Origin: Octopus sinensis
Lineage: Eukaryota
Reading direction: 5' to 3'
Length of the DNA stretch: 64,000 bases
Assembly: GCF_006345805.1 (NCBI RefSeq)
Contig: NC_043012.1
Coordinates: forward strand, 47,058,001 to 47,122,000
Numbering within the stretch: position 1 is the stretch's first letter; each line of letters starts with the position of its first letter. Under the pieces are notes generated by a model. It saw nothing but the letters and a program-made list of their open reading frames with translations. It had not been told where the DNA came from and ran no database searches. Of this stretch, positions 1-12,925 are shown in pieces. The position numbers and the translations under genes are program-made.

Positions 1-429
1 CAAATCACCCCAAAACATCGTGAATAAGTACAACGAATGTAACCAAAAACTCTCAAAATGTTGGACCATAACCCTGTAAGCAATACTCGTTAACATCTAT
101 TTCTATTTTCCACGTTAGATGATGTGTTATTAATTTTTACACGTTGTGAACATGTCATTACCATCGCCAGATTACGGTTCCTATTAAACAGATGGCCAGC
201 TCTGTCACCCACCATGATACACAAGAAGTGGGGAAAAATTCAAAAATTTAGAAATTGAATGAGCCTCAAGTATAACAATCGGGATGTGAGTACTTTAAAT
301 TTATTACCCAAAATGTGAAAAATATTCCACGTGCACAACTCTTTAACACCAGAAATGAGCAGAACGGTACCCTGTGCAAGAGAGGAAAATCCGAATAAAT
401 GATTGGACGTTATTCATCACACTCTGCAA

Positions 430-3050
430 ATAAGAAAAATACTCAAGTGTTCACGGGAGGGATACGTTTCTCTCTAGCATGCATATGTTACAACATTACT
501 CTACGTACAAAATGACAGTACAACAGTATACTTATATAAAGTCTGAAACAAAAGTAATCCAGACCTGGCTATATCGATAAAGCAAAACAAAGTAGCCAAA
601 ACAAGGAGTCACATTCTGAAAACGAGAAAAGTATTAGAAATTGAAATGCAGCATTAATAAAAAAAAAAACATATCATGAAAACAGAAATAGCACCCAAAG
701 AATACTCAGCAATAACAGAAGTGCTGCAAATGCAAAGCACGAAAATAAGTGTAAGACGTGCAACAAACAAAGTACAGAAACAACGTATTAAAAACCTAGA
801 GATGCATAATGATGAGTAGGATACAACAAAACAGAACCAAAGAAAATTATTAACGGGATGAAATGTGGAGTAAATCTAAAAAATGAAAACAATGAAATTT
901 GGAACAATAAATTTGTGCATTGTCAGTGAATGAGAAGTCATAGGAGAACTTAGTTATGTACCGTCGCCTGTACCTCCCCACAATTAGAATTAATAATAAG
1001 ACATCGGTAATAAAGCAATAGAAATTTGGCTGTGATAGACTTAATCACATCAGAAACAAATATGAATATGACCAGACTAAATAAAATAACATTTACGGCA
1101 GCCTCTCTAGCTACAAGAGAAAGTGGATTCTAGCTCAAAAGCATCCAAATATTTAACTAGTATGAAAATGGCGCATCGCAATCTAAACGTATGTTATGGA
1201 AAACTAATATCCAGAACGAGAAAATAAAACACAAGATATGTGAATCCTGAATAAGATTAGTAACCAAACACGACTACTAAACACTAAAGAAGGAAAATGC
1301 TACAGAATTATGCAATAACAAAAAGAAATATATCTAAAGCGAAATATCCAAGCCAAAGCACAAAGAATCCGTTGGTATTAAAAATATCAACGATTCTTTG
1401 AATAAAATAAGCAGTTTAACTCCAGTCCAAAATGATCTTACCAAGAAGTTCGTTAAAATGAATTCGAGATCGATGCAGACCAACAGCAGTAGACGTGGAT
1501 GAATTTCGGTAAGAATTATTGGTAATGAAGGAACTACTCAAGAAAAGAACAATTTAGGCTAAAAAACAAAACAAAAAATGCATTGGAATAACTTTGGACA
1601 CCCATAAGAGCGGAAGCAACAACCAAGGTAGCGCAAAGGTTAAAGAACTGGAAAGCATCCAGACGCAAGATTTACAATTTCAGCTGAAATACTTAACTGG
1701 TACGCATAGTTAAGCGCTGGCATAGAGGTTCAATGAGATAATAAAGAAGTTAGAGACAGCACCTGAATTGTTCACGGAAGGCAGAATCTATCCTACTCCT
1801 TAAATCTACTGAAATTGGAAACCCGCAAAAGTACAGACCCATAGCATGTCTCCCTATAACCTACCAAGCCTCAACTCTAAATTGACAGACATCTGGCAAA
1901 GAACAACCTCTTTCCCGAACAGCAGAACGGAAGCTACAAAGAGCGATATGGTTGTAAAGACCAGTTATTGATAAACAAAAGCATAATTGAAGACTGTCGA
2001 GAATACGAAGGGTCTAAGCATGGTTTGGAGTCGGATCGATAACCGGGAGGTTTTTACAATATTTCCGAGCAACAATAACGAAATACAAAAATAAACTTAT
2101 TATTCATGTCATGAATAAGTGGCAAACATTTCTGCAGCTAAGACAAGAGAGGGAAATATAAAAACTAAATCCATTCCCATGGGAAGAGGAATATTCCTAT
2201 ACCACTCACTCTCTACACTCCTTTTCTCTCCGTCATTGATACACACAATTGAAAGATAAGATAAAGAATGAATATTATAGACAAATTAGATTAGTACTTA
2301 ATACAATGTAAGAAATAATATCATAGCAATCAATAGAGTAGCTGTCCCAGTTATAAGTTTTAGTTAGAATATTATTAACTATACACTCAAGCCAAACAAG
2401 ACAGAAAACAACACAAAGAATGTCGGTCTTAAGAAAAAGAACGCCTAAAATCTGTCATCCGTAGATTATTCATACAATGGATTAATGGTGGTAGAGACCT
2501 TATGCACTGCGAAATCTAGTGTAAATAGTTGCTATTTGTCTTCAAGGAAGGCAAAAATATCCGAAATGTCATAATGCCTAACAACTATGAAAAGAAAAAA
2601 ATGACAAGCAAAAAGGTTGTGATGGAACTGAATCCGAAGCTGAAACTGTAAGTACAAAATAACATGATAAAACGATGGCAACAAAAGCCCTTACTTGACA
2701 AATACTGCAATAAGATAAACAGAAACGCAAGAGAGAAATTAAAATTCCAATGTTTGAGAAGCAAGGGACTCGAAGCAGAGGCTGAATGGTTTTTAACTGT
2801 TGCACAAGTTCAAAGCCTACTCACAAGAAACCACAGAAAAACACATAATGAAGAAAATGCCATAAGTGCCTGGAAGAATATGTGGAGATGGAGAAAAATA
2901 CCATTAAATCATATTGTCCTTGGCTGCCCAGTCCTGGCTCAGGCGGGATGTATCCACAGACATGATAGTAAAAATATTGACACCAAAACACACAACAGCA
3001 CATACCCAAAGGAAACAAAGTACCGCTTGTGAGTGCAGTAGAATCCCTTA
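430..3050 (+). mobile_element. Heavily decayed R4/Dong-clade non-LTR retrotransposon (N-term, RT, zinc-knuckle region; RLE domain apparently deleted)
   Basis: Interrupted frames are collinear with the 60286-63963 element: KCSREGY..AY (~440, cf. KWSREDN..AFY), NKVAKTRSHILK (~590, cf. NKLANVRRNIIK), NPQKYRPIACL (~1820), EQQNG..RYGCKDQLLINK.IIEDC (~1915-2000), WQQKPL..KY, L.AEAE.FL..AQ.QSL.TRN and HIVLGCPVLA...HRHD (2664-2965). Many stops and frameshifts. Confidence 0.8.
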
Positions 3051-3075
3051 ATAAAAATAAGAATTGTAATAAACT

Positions 3076-3254
3076 TTTCAAAATTTTGACACATGGTCTT
3101 CAGTGCTCAAATGGTACCTATTTCATCGACCTCGAAGGATGAAATGCAAAATCGATATCGGTGGAACACGAAATCAGAACGTAAAGACAGACGAAATGGC
3201 GTTAAGCATTTTGTTTTGTTGGTGGTGTTCACAATTCTGCCAGATCGCCGCCTT
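3076..3254 (-). mobile_element. tRNA-derived SINE (ggcggcgagctggcagaa-headed family, octopus OK/OR-like)
   Basis: The reverse complement begins aaggcggcgatctggcagaa and matches the copies at 25955-26164, 33411-33630 and 35700-35905. Confidence 0.8.
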
Positions 3255-3495
3255 AATTATAACGATAATGATAATAATATTATTACAAAATATATCGTGC
3301 TTGTGGGTACCTCATTTATTTTATGGAAATTCCTCTCCCTGCAAATGTAGTCTTACTGCTTCTGTGTTTCTTTTGCTTTTGTATCAGACTTCACTGGTAA
3401 AATCTTCAAATGCAAACCATGTTTGTCTCCTGACATCTCTTGCTGTGATATATACGCAGCTCTTATACATTAAAGCCATACCAGAATATAACAGC

Positions 3496-3534
3496 ATGAT
3501 GATGATGATGATGATGATGTGGAGGATGAGGATG

Positions 3535-3581
<47 letters not shown>

Positions 3582-3710
3582 AATGATGATGATGATGATG
3601 ATGATAATGATGATGATGTGGAGGATGTTGATTATTATTATGATGATGATGATGATGATTATGATGATGATGATAATGATGATGATGTGGAGGATGAGGA
3701 TGATGATGAC
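3496..3710. repeat. Compound (GAT)n microsatellite with repeated GTGGAGGAT interruptions
   Basis: Directly visible; it explains the poly-Met and poly-Asp ORFs. Confidence 0.95.
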
Positions 3711-4599
3711 GGCAACAAAATATATATTAATGACTTTCTAGAACAAATTTTGAAGCTAGAATGATGAAGCTTATCATGAGTATCAGGACAATGTTGGCAC
3801 TGCCAGTAGATGCGTTGCTGGTGAATATAGCGCTGGTGGTGATAGAAGCGGTGACAACGGTAGTGGAATTAACAGTAGATGGTGATGGTGCGGGGTGGCG
3901 GCGGTAATTTTGATGATGCCATTGATGATTTTATATTTCTATTGATAAAGCCATACAATATATTTATGTACAATAAATATAGGTTGTAGTTAGCACTTTA
4001 GAGGAAAAACGAAATTAATGTAATGACTATTATAATCATTGTTCGGACGAAAGCCATTTGTTTGAATATGATATGGTCGCTTACAGTCATAGATTTATTA
4101 TCTTAATTTACATATTGCAAACAATAACACGAAAACACCGCATTAAATAGGTGTATGGTTAATTATACCTAAATACGATTCTAGCAATCGAAAGTAGAAA
4201 CAGTGAACTATGTTTCAGATATGAAGAAATGGCAACTTTAATAACATCGAATATCAGATTCTCAACAATTGTAGGCTTATGTCTAGTTCTATGTGAGAAG
4301 CTAAATCGAAACGCATGTTATACTAGAGTGCAGGAGTAGTAGGTTTCCTTTAATATTATACAGTACCAATTCCAAACACAGAATAATTGCTTTATCCCAG
4401 GATACTTCCTCATGAATTTGTTATTCACTACTTCATTTAAATATCTCTCATGTATTCTTTATTGATATCTCTTCGATTCTTCCATCTGTAGATTCCTAGA
4501 ATCAAATATATTTACACTGCCAACACTTGTCCATCAGCATATCGACCTTCTATCATCACCATGTCTTACTAAGAGCCAACGTAAAAAGCGAGCCAATAA

Positions 4600-5996
4600 G
4601 GAGTCCTCTGATCTTTTGTAGAATTCGCTGAAAATTGAAATAAATGTCTCCCAAATTCCTTGCTATGCTCATGTATCTGCTTCTGTATACTACCTATTTG
4701 GAAAACATTGGAGATTCTATCTTGTCTGAGCTGAAGTAGAAGTAAACAGAAGTCCGAGAAAGTATCGTACACACATCAACAATGATGTCTCCATTTGTCC
4801 TGTTATATAGAGTAGCCTCATTTATTTGAAATCACAAACTACACTCTTCATAAATTACTCTCACTTCATAATATACTGCAGCATGCAATGACTCTGACGC
4901 ATGTCCAAGGGTCAAGATTGGAAAATCAGAGAGAAGAATTCAGCGATTTCAAAATACTAAAATGTGGAAGAGAGACATGGCGTAAGAAAATGTATGAAAC
5001 ACTTACAAAATAGAAATAAATCAAAACAAGAGAACTGAAAATGCAATAAAGGTTATATGCAGGCTATTGCATAGGAGAACTGTTTGCAGTTCTCATAATT
5101 ATAAAGTGTTTGGATGTACACATAAAAACCAATGAATATCATATGAATACTTAAAAAAAATATATTGTAATTGGTCCAAAAATGACATTCGATTTAAAAA
5201 TAAGAACATAAATAAAATCGAAATTATAAAGAGGAATAAGTGCACAGGAATTGCGTCAATGTAAAAATGATGTTAACAAATACTACAATGAACTCCTCCA
5301 GCAGGATCAATGCCGCAGCCACATGCAGTCCAGCTAAACTACTTGGAAAATTCAACAAAATTCAGGAAAATTAAAATCTTTAAAAAGCTCAAGTACAAAA
5401 ATGCATACTGTATAAGAGGAAATAATATGAAAGATACATATACACACAAAGAAAAAAATAAATATAAACACATCTACCATACAAAATGCTGAATAATCTC
5501 CATAAATCTCCAGCAATTCAAAGATACAAAAAGCACCAAACCTGTTTTAAACAAAAGAATTTGTTTGTCTTTCCTGTACAAAATAATTTATCAAAAAGGC
5601 ATAAAATACATTAGAAATCAATACATTACAAACACTCTGCCAACAGAATGTAGCACCAACTGAAAAATAATACTATAGAAATTATTTTAACGTGCAGTTG
5701 AAAAGAACAGAGAGGGAATCAGGTAAACTGTCTAGATATTATTATGGAGGCTTATCACGAAAATATATCTATCGACAACACCAATTTCAATAGTCGACAA
5801 TATTCTTTTTCAATATATGGAATAATTATCATATAGAATCTCTTGGCAATAAACATATCCAGAATTTTAGGATTGAATATGTTTCCAATCGTAATAATGT
5901 ATATCATGGGGATGACGAAAAGAGCTGAAAAGGAATATGGCCATCACGCCACTGTTTATCACATAGGCCATATGAAGAATCTATCATTTCAAGAAA

Positions 5997-6000
<4 letters not shown>
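4600..6000 (+). mobile_element. Very decayed RTE-like LINE (APE endonuclease then RT relics)
   Basis: QIPCYAHVS (~4650, cf. IQxYAPT), RSPRKYRTHI (~4750, cf. WxSP..RNQID), REGIR (~5710, cf. RGIRQG), ISRILGLNMFPIVIMY (~5855). A-rich sense strand. Confidence 0.45.
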
Positions 6001-6042
<42 letters not shown>

Positions 6043-6894
6043 GTAATGGAGAAATTGTACAAAATGTATAAATGGATGATGAGCAAAGCATCAACACAGT
6101 TTCGATATAGATAGATAGATTGATAGACAGATAGAAACACGCATGCAATATATATGATATTCCCTCATTATAACATGAAACAGGAATCATAAAATATTAC
6201 ATATTCCAAAGGCATTCGGATGTATAATCGACTGTAATGTAAAAGCATAAAATACTTTCTAAAGCTAGATATAAAGATTATAAGCTCTGACATATACTCA
6301 AGGACGTACATATTGAAAGGTTGGTATAAGAGCTGATATTGTCTTCAGTGTCTAAAGTGAAAATCTGAAGTCAAAATAGAGAGCCAAATAATGTTTATAT
6401 GTTCAGCATGGTTATAAGGTTTATAACCAATGTTATAAGGCAGAAATCTTCACGAAACCGGCAAAGACCTTTCGCTATATAAACTAAAATTTCGCTAAAA
6501 TATAGGGCCTTAAAATGAAGGATTGACTTGTGTTTTTTCGCCGTCCTCTTTTTCCCATTTTCACAATTATTTAGTTTTTCCTAGAGTGAAAGTAAACGTA
6601 TACGAGTATGGCATCGAGTCCAATTGAACTTAATATTCTCAATTCACGAAAAAGAATACTGCACACATTTCAGGAAGAAGATGTTGATTTTGGATTCAGA
6701 AGAACCTCACTTAAAACTGCCTCAAATATGTTGATATTGACGTATTTATCATAAGGAACAGTATATTTTTTGTTAATGAACGGGTGGTAGTTTCGCGCGA
6801 TGAAAATGTTGACACTATATCACGAGTGAAGTTAACGGTCCTTGCGTGCTTCTAAATGGCTACCTTATGGCCTCCACAATGCAATCACAATATA

Positions 6895-6923
6895 TCTATC
6901 TGTCTAGCTAGCTACCTAACTAC

Positions 6924-6966
<43 letters not shown>

Positions 6967-7041
6967 ACTGTCTATCTATCAATCTATCTATCTATCTATC
7001 TATCATCTCTTTCTCTCTCTCTCTCTCTCTCCATATATATA

Positions 7042-7100
<59 letters not shown>
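6895..7100. repeat. Compound (TATC)n-(TC)n-(TA)n microsatellite
   Basis: Directly visible. Confidence 0.95.
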
Positions 7101-7102
<2 letters not shown>

Positions 7103-8129
7103 TATGTATATACACTACTGTGTGAGTGATGAAGATAATATGAGATTGAAGTAACTTGGCAGTAATTTGTTTATCTTGGGAATACGTAATCTATATTTGA
7201 CATCAGTGGTATTTGTATATATAGTAGTATATTTTATATACAAAGAGGCTGAAACAGATATCACAGGATATATTGTGGCTGTGGTCTACCTTCATTTCGA
7301 TATTCAAATCCCCTGGAGCAACCCATATAGGTGAGTAAAAGTTGCTCATAATCTGAGAATGCGCTCAGTTAATTTTTCAGTTCTATTTACCTCACCGTGC
7401 TTAGAATTAGAAAAAGTACATGATGTCGTCAGTTATAAATATATGTGTACTTGCGTTTATAATTATGAGAACTGTAAACAGTTCTCCTATGCAATTGCCT
7501 GTATATAACCTTTATTGCATTTTTAGTTCTCTTGTTTTGATTTATTTTTATTTTGTAAGCGTTTCATACATTTTCTTACGCCATGTCTCTCTTCCACATT
7601 TTAGTATTTTGAAATCGTTGGTTTGTACAAAATAGCTTAGTTATATAGCCATTTTCCTCTTGAAAATATTGGAAAAAAAACCCCGAAGAAACACTAATTT
7701 GTATAACACTAATACTGTGAATTCAATCTATAAGAATTTTATAGCAAGAGTTGATAAACTACCGTCCTATATCTCAGGTATGTTACCGAAATATCAATTT
7801 CTTACTGAAGATTAAGAACTTTTGATGAGAGGTAAATCATTGGGAGCGTGACCCACAAATGAATTTGACTTTGGTAGTACGTAATGATATGTTTATAATC
7901 AATGTCATGGTTTATGATAGTTTGAAAAAGTTTCAAGCAGATGTGATGAATGTATAAAAATAGATGTATCTTTCATGTAAGGAAATGAGAAGGAAGGATA
8001 TATCTTTCATCTTTGTGTTTTTGCTTTTTTTTACTTGTATCAGTCATTAGACGTCATGCATGCTGGGACACTACTTTGAAGAAGTTTAGTAAAATGACTA
8101 GGAATAATTACTATTTTAAGGCTGGTAGT

Positions 8130-8235
8130 TATTCTATCGGTTTCTTTGGCCAAACCACTGATATACATGGACATATATACGGCAATGCCGGTTGTCAAGC
8201 GGTGCTGAAGTTCAAACACACACACACACACACAC

Positions 8236-8271
<36 letters not shown>

Positions 8272-8404
8272 TATACGACGGGCTTCTTTCAGTTTCCGTC
8301 GAACAGATATACTCACAGGTTACAAACACACTCACCCAAATTCCCACGCAGTGTGACTGAAGCCTCAATTACTTGGTGGAAAGAGCACGTCTTACCACTC
8401 AGCA
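8130..8404 (-). mobile_element. CORE-type tRNA SINE (gtggtaagaagcttgc-headed family) with internal (CA)n
   Basis: Reverse complement matches the copies at 46250-46635 and 24961-25650 (cgacgggcttctttcagtttccgtc and tattctatcgg motifs). Confidence 0.75.
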
Positions 8405-11007
8405 ATTGCGTATTAAATTGTGCTTATTAAATATTTGAGATGAGAGATACATCAGGCAATCCTTCTTACAACAATTGAAAACAATAGCTTTGATTCTCTT
8501 GCGAAGGAGTAAGATAATGTCTTACATTCACTTCAATTTGCTACAAGATTACTATATAAAGAGGATTTGTTGATTCAAAGTAAATGGTTTTCATCAGATT
8601 TGGATAATCTACAAATATATATATTGCTTAGTTGCGTAGACTATTTTATAAGTGTTACAAAAATATACATAGTGAATAGTATCTAGAATAATGAAACATA
8701 AACTATTAGGTTTATTCCTTCCCAGTATGACTTCAATGAAATTCTGTGATATAACTAGCCCTTTCTTTGTTGATTGCCATTATATTTAATTTGAATCTAA
8801 ATGCCAAGTGCATTTAATTTAATGAGTGATTAACATCTACTTTTCATTCATGTTTAATTATACACATAAATTTATTTTCCCAAGTCTAATCTCAGTAACG
8901 TGGAGAAATATATTCTAGCCCAGTTGGTAGTCACAGGGAAACATCTTTAAATTTAGATGAAAAAAAGAATGAAAACGAGTGATAGTATCTCGTCTGTTCT
9001 TGCTGAAAGTCACGTGACTCAGCTGTCGATTACGATTTAAGGAGACATTAATTTAGAATAAATTAATTTAGAATAAATTAAAAGGAGACATTAAATCGGA
9101 AAATATACAATGAAGTTATTTCATAACAACAGCTATTTACAAAATACTCACTCAGCATACATCGTAACATTGCTCCGAAATCAAATGAACAATTTGAGGG
9201 CCACTCTTTCGCACTTCGAGGAATGTACACATATAAGAATAAACTGAAGCATAAAATTTCTGCATAAAATCCACTCCAACTACATGGCAAAGGTAGGAAG
9301 ATTTGCTGTACATCTAGCATAACTGCAACGAAATCTCTTCCATATATTTCCCCTTTTCTCTCCGTCTCACTTAACTTTTCTACTCCCCCTCTCTATCTCC
9401 ATCGCTCTGCTTGTTATTTATTTCTGTGCTTTAAATTTAATACGCTGCAGCCAAACTCCTGCCGGGTTTGATTCTCGTATGCAATTAGTGTATCCTTTTG
9501 AACGAAAAGGTAAGGAGGATAGCTTGGCAAACAGGACGATTAAATAAGGAACGCAAAAAAAGGACGTGAATCAGGGAACAAAGATACAATTAGAATGAAT
9601 AAGAGAAATTTTTAAGTGCGTACTACAAAAAAAGAAAAATGGCCATAATCAGTCCAGATGGGGGTAAGAAGGGAAAAGGAGGGAGGTGAGGAAAAATTAA
9701 GCGGCGGTGAAAGAGAAATTGGGAAATTGTCGTAAACCGGAGAAAGTATCTAACATGTGAGTGTTCTGATCCGAAACTCCGCCATTATTGAAATTCGTCA
9801 CTACTCATTTTGGCCCGATTTTGCCATCGTTTTTGGAACCTTGACCATTATCAACTTAGGTATTAATGTGGAAAGAATTCACATGGAATCCAACAGTGAA
9901 AATAATATTATTTGTTAAACGCCAAAAATTATTCAATATTTTATTATCAACCTCAAATACAATTGGGTCGAATTTGAAGAAAAAATGTCTTAAAAGAAAA
10001 GTGCCTGTTATCTGATACGGTTTCAAAACTCTCTCAACCTCAACGACAGCAATGGCAGGCCAACTCTAACTCCCAAAAAAAACAGAACAAATGATGCAAT
10101 ACTTGCAATGAAATAATACCAAACAAGTAAAGAGATAATAACAAGGATCATAATTTACTTATTTTGCCCCACCCCTATAGTAATTTCAAATGATTGACGA
10201 ATTGGAATTGTCCAAAATGACGAAAAATATCGATAAAAGAAAGAAAAAAAGGTTCGGTTTAATGAAGGACAATTGAATATATATTGCAATAATTCTAAAG
10301 CCGAAAATCAATGTTTTTAGCTGTTGTGAGATATACATTTAGATGTCTTGCAAACAACTTGCACATGCAAGCGCTACCAGTCAAAAACTCCGCATACCGG
10401 AAGCCAGCAAGTGTATGGGGGTCATCAGGAGAGAATGCGCGCCGTTTCGTGGCCAACCTCTCGACGGCATCAATGCGCACCGGCCCCCCTCACTGATATG
10501 AGGCCCCGCTTGCTAGACCAGCTAGTTATTAACTAAACTAAATTCAAAATTAACATTTTGGAGCGTTACTTTCTTGTTCTTTCAGGAAAAAAGACCAGTT
10601 TCCGTTTCCTCATAGAAATAATGAAGTTTACAAATGTCAACATATGTATGTTCATGTTTGTGTGTGTATTTGGTTGCTTGTTTTTTTTTGTGTGTGTATG
10701 TAGGTGTGTGTCCATGTCCCTTTAATTCCAGGGTCATTGTTGAGTCATGCGTTGAAGGAACACATTTGAACTTCATTCTGTTAATGTACTTCTTTTTCTA
10801 TTCCTTCATACTTACACACAAGCACACACATATAAACATACACACACACACACACACAATAGCACAAACATACAAAGAAACACTCATTTTCTCTTTCACC
10901 CATGCATTCGCCAATCTGCTTTTCGTTCTATTGCTTGGTGTATAGAGGCTTGTAAGTGCTAGGCTCAACTCAAAGTCTCCAAGGAAAATGAACAGGAGAA
11001 AGTGTTC

Positions 11008-11031
11008 TTGTGTGTGTGTGTGCCAAATATA

Positions 11032-11120
<89 letters not shown>

Positions 11121-11151
11121 TATATACATATATATATATATATTTATATAC

Positions 11152-11203
<52 letters not shown>

Positions 11204-11335
11204 ATATATATATATATAGGGAGAGTTTACGACAAAAAAAACAAAAGACGAAGACAGGTGGTGTACAAAACAAACAGATGTGTTATATATGTGTGTGTGA
11301 GTGTGCGTGTACATATATATATATATATATGTATT
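11008..11335. repeat. (TG)n/(TA)n/(TC)n compound microsatellite containing a 65-bp Penelope-type terminal fragment (11219-11283)
   Basis: ggagagtttacgacaaaaaaaacaaaagacgaagacaggtggtgtacaaaacaaacagatgt is near-identical to 25185-25248. The Penelope attribution is inferred from the longer 25-kb copy. Confidence 0.7.
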
Positions 11336-11499
11336 AATTACACTTTATTACCACTAACTAGCTGTTTGGTTTGTCATATATTTTGATTTCTATTAATTCT
11401 TTGACCAACTGCTTTGCTCCGTTGTTTTATTTGTTTTTATCACGGGGTCCTTACATACTAGGACTGACCCCTGTATATGGAATCTAAATTTTAAGGGCC

Positions 11500-11543
11500 C
11501 ACGTGAATTCGGGAAAGCTGGAAACCCGGCCAGTCCGCCACTG
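11500..11543. mobile_element. Orphan right terminus of a hAT-like MITE
   Basis: Ends in ggccagtccgccactg (reverse complement CAGTGGCGGACTGGCC, a hAT-like TIR start). No left partner found. Confidence 0.35.
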
Positions 11544-11768
11544 TCCTTTCACACACTACAGAAACCCCGAAGTAAACTGGTAGTACGCATGCTAACTATA
11601 CTCACAGACATACACAAACACATATCTATATATAGATGTATATAAATATAAACCAAATAAATTTGTTTTTATACAAGCGTCGAAAGATGTATTATACGAT
11701 ACAAATAAGGTGGTATTTTTTTCTAAGCCAGAATCGCTGTTAGAACAGCAGAAATACTGGTTAATTAA

Positions 11769-11908
11769 CCCTTACAAAGCGGAAGATTTGTCGGATAAAT
11801 TTGTCAGCACTCAGTCTAGCTTAATGATAAAACATTCTGTCGGAGTCTTTGGGAATGTGGTTTCAACTGCCAAGGCTATTTGTTGACAATTTTTCCACTT
11901 TGTAAGTG
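11769..11908. mobile_element. 140-bp piggyBac-like MITE
   Basis: TTAA|cccttacaaagcggaa ... ttccactttgtaagtg|TTAT: 16-bp TIR with 2 mismatches, CCCT start, TTAA-type target. Confidence 0.6.
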
Positions 11909-12161
11909 TTATGTACCCAACAGAAATCTGGATGGTTTTATATTTACATATATTTTTTAATATTTCACATGTTATTATATATCATATATTAACGCTTGCA
12001 TCCACTCTAGTGGATTCTTCAGATTGGATGCAAGCGCTAATATATATGATTTATAAAAACAGGTGACATATTAATAAAAATCTGTAAATATAAAACCATC
12101 CAGATATCTGAGTTCCTTATTTCTTCTAATATATAATACCTGTGCATCATCTCCAAACATG

Positions 12162-12232
<71 letters not shown>

Positions 12233-12589
12233 CACACATGGTTCAAAGTTGGATGAAGGACAGGTGAGAGGTGAGGGAGGCGAAAAGAAAGTGTGTTAGT
12301 TGGACGCTCTGCAAGAGGAAGAATCTTTGACGTTGTGAGTCTACTCTCTTCTACAGAGAGGAATGAGGAGTGAAAATAGATGGATAGAAGGAAAAAGAAA
12401 CACGGGGAGAGAAATAACATGTGAATGGATTAATGGTTGCACATGTTGAATTGACAGAAAGGAATGAAATGTTCGGTGACAAAGGTTGAAAGGGAGACAA
12501 TAGTAACCTAGCTAACAGTTGTAGGTCAAGCAGGAGTGTGTATGTGAGTGTGTGGGCCTGTGTATATATGTTGGAGTGCGCGAGACTGT

Positions 12590-12802
12590 TCAAGGTATGT
12601 ATATATATATATATATATATATATAGGTATATATATATATATATATATATATATGCATATGTTTATATATATACATATATATACATATACACACATATAT
12701 TTATATATATATATATATAGTGAGAGAGAGAGAAGTATATAAATAGACAGATAGATAGGGAGATAGATAGATAAATAAATAGATAGGAAAATAGATAGAT
12801 AA

Positions 12803-12888
<86 letters not shown>

Positions 12889-12925
12889 TGATGGATGGAT
12901 GGATGGATGGATGGATGTATACAAC
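12590..12925. repeat. (TA)n-(GA)n-(TAGA)n-(TGGA)n compound microsatellite
   Basis: Directly visible. Confidence 0.95.

Noticed and set aside
3103-3764. 212-aa poly-Met and 81-aa poly-Asp ORFs
   Set aside because: They are translations of a SINE plus a (GAT)n microsatellite; there is no splice or domain evidence.
9035-9095. Short tandem/direct repeats (aaggagacattaa, atttagaataaatta); similar at 21065-21110 and 40155-40195
   Set aside because: Two-copy slippage products with no spacer diversity; not CRISPR-like.
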